Positions 37,259 to 45,990 of a DNA stretch of 64,000 nt are shown here, in pieces (the stretch's first letter is position 1; every line of letters begins with the position of its first letter). The notes under the pieces were generated by a model. It made no database searches. It was not told the DNA's origin and was given only the letters and a program-made list of their open reading frames with translations. Position numbers and translations under genes: made by a program. This DNA is from a virus, in the IMG/VR virus record IMGVR_UViG_3300001473_000094, positions 4,310 to 68,309 of that record; one strand, given 5' to 3'.

Positions 37259-37352
37259 CACTTTCTCCGGGGACGTTTGGCCGAGCGAGGGAGGAGGCGC
37301 CTGAGCTTGAGCCCATGCGTCGGCTTCTTTGTCTGCTGACGGGAACGCTTGA

Positions 37353-37565
37353 TCACTTTTCGCACGCCGGAGCCTCTCCACAGGTCCGGTTGTTCACCGC
37401 GACCTGCTCGGCAAACTGGCGATCGTTGCGCGAGATGTACGCTGCGGTCGGCGGCTGGGGCGTCATCAGGACGAAGCCGGCGCCTTCAGTCGCAGGCGTC
37501 GTCTGGCATGCCGTCAGGGACAAGCTCACGGCAGAGATCAGAGGCAGAAAGGTCGCGGATTTCAT
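37353..37565 (-). CDS. o-spanin (Rz1-like lipoprotein)
   Basis: Lipobox SLTAC after a signal peptide; overlaps the upstream membrane gene out of frame. Confidence 0.75.
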   Translation of the reverse strand: MKSATFLPLISAVSLSLTACQTTPATEGAGFVLMTPQPPTAAYISRNDRQFAEQVAVNNRTCGEAPACEK

Positions 37566-37758
37566 CGGCGTTCTCGTTCTTCTCTTGGATGAGGGAAAGC
37601 GCGCGCTCAGAGGCGGCCAAAAAGGCCGCCGCTTTGCCGCGCTGCTCGGCTGAGGGGATTGCAATCAGGTACACGTAAAGGACAAACAGGATCGCAGCGC
37701 CGACCACGAAGGTCTGCGGGCGGAGCAGCGCGGCAGGGATTGAGGGCAATCCGAACAT
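37486..37758 (-). CDS. i-spanin (Rz-like)
   Basis: N-terminal TM segment, coiled coil and C-terminal Cys residues; overlaps the lipoprotein gene. Confidence 0.7.
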   Translation of the reverse strand: MFGLPSIPAALLRPQTFVVGAAILFVLYVYLIAIPSAEQRGKAAAFLAASERALSLIQEKNENADEIRDLSASDLCRELVPDGMPDDACD

Positions 37759-37804
37759 GCGGCCAAAATGGCAGCGGGCTATAGAACTGTCGTCCGGTTA
37801 TCGG

Positions 37805-38281
37805 TTAGCGGCTCAGCAGCACGTCATGGATGGCGCCGGGATCGAGATGGGTGAGATGGCCAAGGCCGACGGCCATGGGGACGATTTCGGAGCACAGGAA
37901 GGCGATGCGACGGAACGGCTTGTAGGGGAGGGGACCGATCTTCAGGATGTGCCGGGTGAAGAGGTTTGGCCAGTCGTAGGGGTAGCCGTGGTAAGCTTCG
38001 ATGAATTGGACGGCCTCGGCTTCGTTGCCGGGGATTTCGATGAAGTCCCAGTGGCCCGGCTTCGCGTCAATGTGGGTCGAGCGGACGCCCCCGTCGCGCG
38101 GCGAGGCGGAATGGCCACGGAAGGAAATGATCTCGCCTTTGCCGTTGCGCTTGAGATCGGTGGCCAACTCGACATGGCTGTAGGGCGAGGATGTCCATAT
38201 CTGGATAATCCAGTCGGTCGGACGGCTTGAGCCGCGATAGAAAGCGAGGGTGCAGGTCAGGGCGTCGGAGGCGTCGGCCAT
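37805..38281 (-). CDS. Permuted papain-like (YiiX/YaeF NlpC/P60) protein
   Basis: SPYSHVEL, G.PYDW and FLCSE: His precedes Cys as in permuted members. Confidence 0.75.
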   Translation of the reverse strand: MADASDALTCTLAFYRGSSRPTDWIIQIWTSSPYSHVELATDLKRNGKGEIISFRGHSASPRDGGVRSTHIDAKPGHWDFIEIPGNEAEAVQFIEAYHGYPYDWPNLFTRHILKIGPLPYKPFRRIAFLCSEIVPMAVGLGHLTHLDPGAIHDVLLSR

Positions 38282-38892
38282 CGTGGGTCAGCCTCTATCG
38301 GGTCAGCGGGATCGCCAGCCGTGATGATTGCCTGCGCGGCTGTGTCGACCCCTTTGAAGAAGGCGAACCCAGCCTTGATGCGGGATACCTCGGCGACCTC
38401 CTCGGCTGTAAGCGTGTCGCCGATAAGCGTCTTCGCTGAAAGCTCGTTGATCCGATCTGTATAGTTGTCCCGGATCAGAACGATACCGGCAGATGAAACT
38501 GGGAACGGCTCGCCGCCATCGGTGCGAAGCGCGTTGACGGCATCGACCTTGAGGACGATGGCGTGACCATTGACACGCGAAGCGATGATTTCTTCCGGCG
38601 ATGGCCCGGAGATCGGCGGCGCTTCACTGGCAAGACGATCTGCGCGTTCTTGGGCAGTCTCGACAAGGCCAAGAGTGCGCGCCTTCAGGACGACCACGAA
38701 CGGGTCCACTGGATCGCCACCATCGGCGACGACGCCGGCCACCGCCTCACCGTACCAATCGGCATTGCGGATCGTGTTGGCGGCGATGTCGAGGCGCGAG
38801 TTGACCCAATTGTCGATGAACTCGACCACATCGGCCATGTCCAGTTCAAGGGCCAGCTTCTGGCCATCCGTCAGGGTGATGTTGTGGTTCAT
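38257..38892 (-). CDS. Tail-fibre-associated protein
   Basis: Follows the fibre gene; C-terminal ADPRWP.PP resembles fibre chaperone-like proteins. Confidence 0.55.
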   Translation of the reverse strand: MNHNITLTDGQKLALELDMADVVEFIDNWVNSRLDIAANTIRNADWYGEAVAGVVADGGDPVDPFVVVLKARTLGLVETAQERADRLASEAPPISGPSPEEIIASRVNGHAIVLKVDAVNALRTDGGEPFPVSSAGIVLIRDNYTDRINELSAKTLIGDTLTAEEVAEVSRIKAGFAFFKGVDTAAQAIITAGDPADPIEADPRWPTPPTP

Positions 38893-38904
38893 AGCGATCT
38901 CGCC

Positions 38905-40614
38905 TTATCCGATCAGGTATCCGCAGAATTGTGAGAACGAGCTGTTGTAGACCCAGGTGTTCGTCTGGACGCCAAAATAGATGTCGACATAGTCACCGGG
39001 TTCGAGCTGCATGATGATGCTGCCGGGAACCATCTGGTATGACTGGGTGTTGGTGAGGATGCTTGTGTGGTGAGTGCCGCCGAAGGTCACCCCGTTCTTT
39101 CGAAAATACCAAGCTCCGAAGCCGGCAGAGGGTGACGCGAACTGGATGAACACGTTGGCGTGAAACACATAGTTTCCAGCACACGGCGCAGTGAATCGAT
39201 AGGTCGATCCGTTGTAGTAGCCGCCATTATTGTTGCCTATGCCGGAGAACTCGACCACGCCGAGAGAGCTTTGGGCGCCGCCGGCCTTGAAGGCATAAAA
39301 GGCCGGGACGCCATCGGCACGGAGAATGCCGTTGGTGCGCCAGCCCTTTTGCGTGCTGGTGTAGTGCCAGAGCTGAAGCCAGTCGTCCCCGTCTGACCAG
39401 CCGACGTAGCCGAAGTTGCTGCCGTCCGGCTTGTTGAAGTTTATGAAGCCGGGCTGGATGGCCGAGCCCGGATAGACCATGGCTTTGCCGTGCGCTGGAT
39501 CGTCCTGCGCAACGATTGGGCCAGTGAAGGTCGCGCCGGAGAGATCGGCTTTCAGAGCTGGATCAAAGTTGCTGGCATCCCAAACCGTATTGCCGGCCCG
39601 TCTCAGCAGACCTGCAACGTCTGCATCCGATTGCACGTTCAAAGCGGACGGCGACAGAATGCCGTCGGTGCTCATTGACCCATAGACGTGCACATTGGTC
39701 GGGCTGATGGCCAGACGATAGAGGTCGTTGATCACGACCCCCAGCGTGTCGTGCGACCGGTCAAAGACGATCTTGTCCGCCAAGTCCAAGGTGAGAGTCG
39801 GATCTTCGCCGTCGAGATCGATTTTGAAGTTTGCGTCGCGAAGAAGGGGGCCGCTCAGGGTCCCGCCGGAGATATCAAACTTGGCGTTGAGCGCGTTCTG
39901 GGTCGCCAATGAAATCGGCTTGTTGGCATCCGCTGTGTTGTCGACAAGGCCGAGACCAACTTGGGCTTTGGTCACTGCATGAGGATTGGCGGTGTCCGCG
40001 ATGTGCGTAGCGAAGACAATCGCGGCGGCTTCCGCATCGTTTTTGAAGCCCTCCGACTCATTGCGGTAGCCAAGCGTCTGATCGCGATAACCCTCGGTCG
40101 TCGTCATATAGCCATGGGTGGTGGCCGCATGACCGCCGGCCAAAGTGGCGGCATCTCCGGCGGCATCGCGGGCCGCCTCAGAAAGGCCCTGAGCGGCAAT
40201 GGAAGCATCCTTGGCCACGATGGCTTGGCCGCGCACAGCGATAGTGTCGTTGTAGACGATCACCGTCTGGTCGTAGATGGCTTCGGTCGCGGCCCACGCA
40301 GCATCGGCTTCAGACGCAGCCGTTTGACAAGAGGTGACGAAGGATTGGAAATCCGTGTTGGAGAGGTTTGTCCAACCGGCGTTTGGGTCGACAAAGTCGC
40401 CGACACGAGATTGGAGGATGCCAGGAGTTAGGGGGTCTTCGCGAAACTCAAAGATGTCGGCACGGAACGTGCCGGTAGCATCGAAGATGTCACCAAGGAT
40501 GTCGGCGATGGTGCGGCCACCCAGCTCGGCAGACTCAATGTAGGCATCGAGAATGACTTCAGTGCCAGTGGCCGCCGAGAGGAACCGGATTTGCTCGGAG
40601 CGAGGTTTGGTCAT
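38905..40614 (-). CDS. Tail fibre with a C-terminal C1q-like domain
   Basis: HIADTANPHAVTKAQVGLGLVDNTADANKPIS; C1q-like PAFYA...YNGSTYRFTAPCAGNYVF...LEPGDYV...FCGYLIG. Confidence 0.85.
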   Translation of the reverse strand: MTKPRSEQIRFLSAATGTEVILDAYIESAELGGRTIADILGDIFDATGTFRADIFEFREDPLTPGILQSRVGDFVDPNAGWTNLSNTDFQSFVTSCQTAASEADAAWAATEAIYDQTVIVYNDTIAVRGQAIVAKDASIAAQGLSEAARDAAGDAATLAGGHAATTHGYMTTTEGYRDQTLGYRNESEGFKNDAEAAAIVFATHIADTANPHAVTKAQVGLGLVDNTADANKPISLATQNALNAKFDISGGTLSGPLLRDANFKIDLDGEDPTLTLDLADKIVFDRSHDTLGVVINDLYRLAISPTNVHVYGSMSTDGILSPSALNVQSDADVAGLLRRAGNTVWDASNFDPALKADLSGATFTGPIVAQDDPAHGKAMVYPGSAIQPGFINFNKPDGSNFGYVGWSDGDDWLQLWHYTSTQKGWRTNGILRADGVPAFYAFKAGGAQSSLGVVEFSGIGNNNGGYYNGSTYRFTAPCAGNYVFHANVFIQFASPSAGFGAWYFRKNGVTFGGTHHTSILTNTQSYQMVPGSIIMQLEPGDYVDIYFGVQTNTWVYNSSFSQFCGYLIG

Positions 40615-40907
40615 TTGGCCTGCTCCTTGGCCTGCTCCTCGCGCATGATTTTGGCCACGGCCGCTCGGGTCTGGCTGGCGATCAATTCCTTATCGACCTT
40701 ACGTTCAAGGACAGCGAGGCGTTCGGAGAACTGGTGGATCGCGGCATCGAGCGCGACCGCGAAGTCGGGCGTACTGGCCAATTGCTTTCTCAGATCGGCA
40801 ATCTTGTCTCGGCTCGCCTCAAGATCGTTACGGAGAGCGATGGATTCCTGTTCGAGTTTGTAGAGCCGGTCCTTGTCCGAGATTGCGTTCTGTCGCGTCT
40901 TGCTCAT
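40611..40907 (-). CDS. Small coiled-coil protein
   Basis: ATGA-coupled on both sides. Confidence 0.65.
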   Translation of the reverse strand: MSKTRQNAISDKDRLYKLEQESIALRNDLEASRDKIADLRKQLASTPDFAVALDAAIHQFSERLAVLERKVDKELIASQTRAAVAKIMREEQAKEQAK

Positions 40908-42832
40908 GCGGCGGCCCTTCCCTTGGTCTGAAGGGTCTCGCGGGACGGAACGAGGTTGCCTTTCTGAACCTCTTGGGAAAGCTGTTCCTGAGGCATGACC
41001 GAAGCGCCGCGCGCTTTCTCCATCATGGCCAGTTGCTGGCTAGGTGAGAGGCCCTTAGCCGCCCGCTCTTCGTCGGAGATGCGGAAGCGGTCGAGGTCAG
41101 AAACGCCCATCGCCCGGATCGCTTCTTCCACGATCTCTCCCATCCGGTACTCCATGTTGAGACCTGTCTGGGCCATCGCCTGAAGGACGTTGACCCACAC
41201 TTCTGGGGAGCGGGTCGGCTCAATGGGAAGGGTGCCGTCGATGACGAGGTAGTTGATGTCGCCCTGAAGGGCTTGGACATCGACGTCGATATAGTCCTCC
41301 TTGGCCAAGGCCACGAGTTCGGAGGGCATCTGATCGTTGACGCGAATGGATGCCTCGAACCTGAGGGAGTCTTGGATGTTGGAAACCATCATCTCGACCA
41401 TCGGTCGGATCGACATGGCCGAGGTAATGCGAGAGGCGACGCCAAGGCGCTGGGAGCCAAGCTGGGTCAGGCGCGCGATCTCCGTGGCCGACCGAACGTC
41501 GGCAGTGGGCACGCCCTGCTGGGCATCGGAAGCGGCCGAGACGCGCTGCTTGATATCGGATAGAGCGGCGATGTCGTTCCAGTGGCCACGGGTGACATCC
41601 GGGATGTCTGCGATCATGGCGCCTTCGCCCGGCTTTACGCCAGGCAGCGTGCGAACAATGCCCCACGGATTGCGGTCGATCAGGTCGGGGATGTTGACTT
41701 GGGTGGGGTCGACGAAAATCAGGTTGTTGAGGGCCGCACGCACATTGTCGATGCGTGATCGCATGAGCCAATTGGCCAAGTCGTGGAGAGGCAGGAGGAG
41801 GTCGTAGAGCGACTGGCCCCACGTCTTGTGCACGTCGTGGTAGAGAGAGCCGTAGACCATTGGGAACTGCTGGCCATACGGCGAGAGCTGGAGGCGGATA
41901 ATGAACTTCTCGTTGAGGACGGTGGCCACCATCCAGACGAGGCCGACTTGAGGGAGGCCGATCTCGTAGCCTGAAACGATGAACCACGCCTCGTCCACGA
42001 CGTGGGTGTCACCCGTCTTGAAGAAGCGGGCGTCCTTGGAATCGATCTCGGAGGGGTCGATGGAAAGGCCACGGCCCTCGTCGGCGATGTGCTTGTGCGC
42101 CGTCCATGATTGGCGGCTGCCGAGCTGCGCGTCGTGAAGGGCCGGGTACTTGTTGAACTTGGGATACATGCCGGAACGCAGGAGCTGCTGCGTCGACTTG
42201 TAGTCTGAGAGGACAACGAAGGACTGATCGTTCCAGTTGCCCCAGCCGGGACGGGGGTCCGGAAACGTCAGGCGCGGGTTGGCATTGATCAGAGAGTTCT
42301 GGCGACCATTGGCGTCCCAAGTGACCTTGGTGGGAGCGAAGCCGTAGCGCGAGCTGTCGAGGAGGAACTGGGCGATGCGCGCCTCGCCAGCGGTGCGGCG
42401 CATATGCTGGTGCAGGACACGTTCGAGCAGGAGAGAGGGCTTGCGGGATTTTCCATTCAAACCCTCAAGCTGAAACATCGGGTTGCGCCCCGTCAGAGCC
42501 GCCATCTGGTAGGTGACAACGGTCTCGGTGATGGCGCGCGTGTCGCCGATTACCGCCTTTTCGCGGAAGTCTGTGGTATCCGGGCGGACATAGACATCGT
42601 GCGCCTCGTCGGCCTCGCGCCAATGGTCGTAGCGCTTTGAGATTTTGGAATGAGAGAGGTCGACGAGAGCCTTGATGTAATCGACAAGACGCTGCTCCTG
42701 CTCCTCGCTGAGGGCATCGGAGATGTCCTCATAATCAAAGAGCGCGCTGGCGACTTGCGGGACCTCGCCTAGGTTGAAGATCACGCGCCGGTCGTCAGGG
42801 CGGTCAAGCGTCTTGTAGGCCGGATAAGCCAT
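40904..42832 (-). CDS. Portal protein
   Basis: 642 aa downstream of TerL; QQG....RSATEI and other podovirus portal-like features. Confidence 0.8.
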   Translation of the reverse strand: MAYPAYKTLDRPDDRRVIFNLGEVPQVASALFDYEDISDALSEEQEQRLVDYIKALVDLSHSKISKRYDHWREADEAHDVYVRPDTTDFREKAVIGDTRAITETVVTYQMAALTGRNPMFQLEGLNGKSRKPSLLLERVLHQHMRRTAGEARIAQFLLDSSRYGFAPTKVTWDANGRQNSLINANPRLTFPDPRPGWGNWNDQSFVVLSDYKSTQQLLRSGMYPKFNKYPALHDAQLGSRQSWTAHKHIADEGRGLSIDPSEIDSKDARFFKTGDTHVVDEAWFIVSGYEIGLPQVGLVWMVATVLNEKFIIRLQLSPYGQQFPMVYGSLYHDVHKTWGQSLYDLLLPLHDLANWLMRSRIDNVRAALNNLIFVDPTQVNIPDLIDRNPWGIVRTLPGVKPGEGAMIADIPDVTRGHWNDIAALSDIKQRVSAASDAQQGVPTADVRSATEIARLTQLGSQRLGVASRITSAMSIRPMVEMMVSNIQDSLRFEASIRVNDQMPSELVALAKEDYIDVDVQALQGDINYLVIDGTLPIEPTRSPEVWVNVLQAMAQTGLNMEYRMGEIVEEAIRAMGVSDLDRFRISDEERAAKGLSPSQQLAMMEKARGASVMPQEQLSQEVQKGNLVPSRETLQTKGRAAA

Positions 42833-42835
42833 GGG

Positions 42836-43039
42836 TTACCGCCCAGTCTTGCAGTCCGGGTCTGCGGGGAGAGCGAACACTTGGTGAGATTCGTACCGCT
42901 CACGAAGAGACTCGACATGCTGGCGCGTACCTTGGCCAAGATCGTTGAGTCGGCCGGGGCCAGTGGTCGCGGCATACTCAAGGTTGAGGCGTTCAGGGGT
43001 CCGGTCGGGTCTGTCGACTGTAGGGATTGGCTTTTTCAC
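42836..43039 (-). CDS. Hypothetical protein
   Basis: Fills the TerL-portal gap and is preceded by the late motif. Confidence 0.45.
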   Translation of the reverse strand: MKKPIPTVDRPDRTPERLNLEYAATTGPGRLNDLGQGTRQHVESLRERYESHQVFALPADPDCKTGR

Positions 43040-43081
43040 GGGGCACCTTGGTCGGCTTGGTGTGATGCGCCGGATAGTATT

Positions 43082-45724
43082 TCAGTCGCCCCAACCCCGT
43101 CGTCCGGTCACGTCGAGCTGCTTGGCCAGTGAGCGGCCGTAGAGACCTTCGAGCTGCTCGATGGGCTTCTTGGCCAATGAGGCGAGCTGGAAGTCTGCGA
43201 ACTGAGCTTCCATCATCTCGGCCGTGATAGAGGTTCTGGAAAGCTCGTAGACGAGGAGCGAGAACGCATCGACCTGATCGTCGAAAGCGGCGGCCGGGAA
43301 CTGCTCGATCTCGGCAAGGAAGTCCGGCAGCCACTCCGTGTGCATGTTCGGATTGGTGGAGTTCTTGTGCGGCAGGAAGACGCGGCCGCCCTCGACCAGC
43401 GGAAGGACTGAGGAAAGGTGGGTGACCTTGTCGCCCGGCCAGCGGCGCGCAATCACTGACAGGCCGCTCTCCCGACGCAGCTCTTGGACGAGTGACTGCC
43501 CAGAGGCGTGGTCTTCGACGATGATCGCGCGAAGGCCACGGCCACGCAGGCGGTTGTTGAGGATGATAAGGCGCTGCTTAAGTTCGGGGAGCTGCCACTT
43601 GCCCCGGACCATGTTGAGGAGGTGGATGTCGCCTTTGAGGGTGATGCCGCCGATGGCCAAGGCCGAGTAGTCGTTGCGGGTTCCGGACTTGTAGGCGGTA
43701 TCGGCCGCGATGAGGAGCGAGTGGTAACGCTGAAGGAGCGGATCGAAATCCTCAGGGAGCCACTGCCACCATGCGCGCTTGAGCATGTTGCCGCCCTCGA
43801 TGAGGGGCTGCTGCTGGTAGAGAGCGGCGAAGTCACGCTCCGAGCGAGACTTCTGTTTGAGGAGGTAGCGGACATCGAAGCGCTCCGGCCAAAGGGCGCG
43901 ATACTGGCGCTTCTCCGGCTCTGCGGGATCGGTCGGCAGTTCGGTGAGCCCTTGGTAGTAGACATGGTGCCACTCGCCTGCGGCCCACTCGGGGAGCTTC
44001 ATGAGGCGGCCAGCGGGGTCGTCAGGGTGCCACCGCGTCAGGGTCATCAACTGGATGGGTGGCGTGCCGTCCTCTTCCGGTTCGAGGCGCATCCACAGCG
44101 AGCCGGTGATGAAGTCCCAGACGTTGCGGCGGATGGTGGGGGACTCAGCGTCAGGGCGGGATTTGATAGGGTCGTCGATGATAAGGCAGTTGTGCGCCAG
44201 CACATAAGTCGGATGAGCACCGGGTTCGGCGAAGCCGCCGGTGGGGAAACCGCCAACAAAGAAGTTGGCTGTATCGGCCACTTGAATGTCAAAGACCGGC
44301 TCGCGGCGACGGCCCGAAGCACTGGTGACCATGCAAGGGCCAAGTGGTCCGAGCGATGCACTATGGTGTGGCACCGGCGGCACAAGGAAATCAGATTCGT
44401 CGCGCAGTTGTTCGACTTGGTCAGATCGATGTGGTGGACATCGTGGGTCGGGGACAGCGCGAGACACAGGAAACACTCGTGGCCGTCGCGCGCTCTGATT
44501 GCCTTGGCCAAAGGGCGCCAGTGTGGCGCGTACTTCTGGCGCGTTGCGCCGTTGCGATGCCGTGGGTTGAACGGCCCGCTCATGCGAAGCGAATGGAGCT
44601 TGCGCGCGCATTCTTTCGAGCAGGTCACCGCATGCCTGTTGAAGGGCTGAAACCGCACCTTGCAGACCGGGCACGTTTTCTCGCGGAGACGCTGAAGCGT
44701 GACGGGCTTGTGCGCGTCCCAGCACGCCTTCGTGCAGTACAGCCGATCTTTGGTGGCGTGGCGTGGGCCGGTAAACTCGTTGCCGCACCCCTTGCACTGT
44801 TTCGTAATCGCCGCGCGCTTGACGTTTCGGGCGCCTCTGCACGCTCTTGAGCACATCGTCTTGCGAACGCTGGGGTAGGGGACGCGGAACGCCGCCCCAC
44901 AATGCTGACAGATGCGGTCTCTGCTGCGCGCGTTGGCCTCGGCTAAGACCGATTGGTGAGCTGTACTGTCCACCCGCAAATTCCCTCATCGGCAGATAAA
45001 GCCGCGACTTGATGTCGAAGAGGGGGTGGTCCGACGTTGAGGTCAATTTTACGCCGGTTTGCAGTTTGTAATCAAGGACTTCGGCCATCTGAGAGCGAGT
45101 GGCAACGATCTCTTTGATCACGGTTTCGTTGGTGCTGTGGTCGAACGATACGACCTTGTCTCCGGCGCGGAGCTGGGAGATCGCGCGCGGGCCGTCCGGG
45201 GTGAGGACGAGTGTGGCGGCCGCAAAACAATTGGCCGGACGGCCAGAAGTCGTGCCGTTCAGGCCAAGGGCGTAGTAGGCGCCGCGCTGTTTCGTCTTCC
45301 ACGTGTCGGATGCGCGGCTGTCGGTGGACAACCTGAAGTCCGGGAAGACCTGTTTGAAGCGAGGGTTGGTGACAATGGACTTGGTTTCGCCGCCAAAGTC
45401 GGTGGCCAAATCGGAGTTGTATGCTGAGACCATCGTTTTGCGCGTGGCCTTCCGGCCCATCAGGTAGGCAGGAAAGAGAATGGTGCCGTAATGCGACTTG
45501 GCGTGGCGCGGCGGCATGTTGATCAGGAGGTTGTAGACCGGCTCGCCTGTGGTGGGGTGGACGAGTGCGCGCTTTTCGAGCTGGTCCAGCAGGTCGATGA
45601 AATCGAGCTGAAACTTCGGGAAGGTCCGTCCGGGAAACATGTACTGGATGAACGCCGAGTAGGACGTACTGGCGGCAGCCATCAAGGCGGCCCTGCGGAG
45701 GATTTCCTCTTCTGATTTGGCCAT
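43082..45724 (-). CDS. terL: Terminase large subunit with an intein (880 aa precursor, 533 aa after splicing)
   Basis: Walker A NMPPRHAKS, Walker B LIIDDP, TRWHPDD, ALYQQQP, ADTA, DDQVDA. Confidence 0.93.
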   Translation of the reverse strand: MAKSEEEILRRAALMAAASTSYSAFIQYMFPGRTFPKFQLDFIDLLDQLEKRALVHPTTGEPVYNLLINMPPRHAKSHYGTILFPAYLMGRKATRKTMVSAYNSDLATDFGGETKSIVTNPRFKQVFPDFRLSTDSRASDTWKTKQRGAYYALGLNGTTSGRPANCFAAATLVLTPDGPRAISQLRAGDKVVSFDHSTNETVIKEIVATRSQMAEVLDYKLQTGVKLTSTSDHPLFDIKSRLYLPMREFAGGQYSSPIGLSRGQRAQQRPHLSALWGGVPRPLPQRSQDDVLKSVQRRPKRQARGDYETVQGVRQRVYRPTPRHQRSAVLHEGVLGRAQARHASASPRENVPGLQGAVSALQQACGDLLERMRAQAPFASHERAVQPTASQRRNAPEVRATLAPFGQGNQSARRPRVFPVSRAVPDPRCPPHRSDQVEQLRDESDFLVPPVPHHSASLGPLGPCMVTSASGRRREPVFDIQVADTANFFVGGFPTGGFAEPGAHPTYVLAHNCLIIDDPIKSRPDAESPTIRRNVWDFITGSLWMRLEPEEDGTPPIQLMTLTRWHPDDPAGRLMKLPEWAAGEWHHVYYQGLTELPTDPAEPEKRQYRALWPERFDVRYLLKQKSRSERDFAALYQQQPLIEGGNMLKRAWWQWLPEDFDPLLQRYHSLLIAADTAYKSGTRNDYSALAIGGITLKGDIHLLNMVRGKWQLPELKQRLIILNNRLRGRGLRAIIVEDHASGQSLVQELRRESGLSVIARRWPGDKVTHLSSVLPLVEGGRVFLPHKNSTNPNMHTEWLPDFLAEIEQFPAAAFDDQVDAFSLLVYELSRTSITAEMMEAQFADFQLASLAKKPIEQLEGLYGRSLAKQLDVTGRRGWGD
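44047..44979 (-). CDS. Zn-ribbon HNH endonuclease encoded out of frame (+1) inside the intein
   Basis: Three CxxC...CxxxC ribbons, then IRARDGHECFLC...DVHHIDLTKSNNCATNLISLCRRCH. SD-like GAGGG at 44983-44987 precedes TTG 44979 / GTG 44973. Confidence 0.85.
   Translation of the reverse strand: MRVDSTAHQSVLAEANARSRDRICQHCGAAFRVPYPSVRKTMCSRACRGARNVKRAAITKQCKGCGNEFTGPRHATKDRLYCTKACWDAHKPVTLQRLREKTCPVCKVRFQPFNRHAVTCSKECARKLHSLRMSGPFNPRHRNGATRQKYAPHWRPLAKAIRARDGHECFLCLALSPTHDVHHIDLTKSNNCATNLISLCRRCHTIVHRSDHLALAWSPVLRAVAASRSLTFKWPIQPTSLLAVSPPAASPNPVLIRLMCWRTTALSSTTLSNPALTLSPPPSAATSGTSSPARCGCASNRKRTARHPSS
44189..45229 (-). mobile_element. Intein (347 aa) inserted just before the TerL Walker B motif
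   Basis: PAN|CFAAATLV (block A), LTSTSDHPLF (block B), VFDIQVADTANFFV (block F), LAHN|C (block G, +1 Cys). Confidence 0.92.
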
Positions 45725-45729
45725 GGGCG

Positions 45730-45990
45730 TCAGTGGCTCTTTCGTGACGCCGCCAGGTGGGAGAGGTAAGAGCGCTGGATCGCGTCAGCGAGGTTCTTGT
45801 CTCGGGCGTGCATCGAGATGACCTTGAGGACGTGCGAGCGAAGTGCCTGCTTGCGGCGATGGCGGGGGACGGACTCAAGATCGAAAGAGGCCACGGCCTC
45901 GGCGAAGCCGCGCAGGGACATGTCGGAGGGCACCCGGTTGCCTCCGTCTTCAGTCGACTTGGTGGAGCTGCGATTGAGGATGTTGCTCAC
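45730..45990 (-). CDS. Hypothetical protein
   Basis: GTGA overlap with the upstream gene; SD GAGG. Confidence 0.55.
   Translation of the reverse strand: MSNILNRSSTKSTEDGGNRVPSDMSLRGFAEAVASFDLESVPRHRRKQALRSHVLKVISMHARDKNLADAIQRSYLSHLAASRKSH

Noticed and set aside
43508-44650. 380-aa plus-strand ORF across terL and the intein
   Set aside because: Antisense shadow with no recognisable domain, unlike the same-strand HNH frame.
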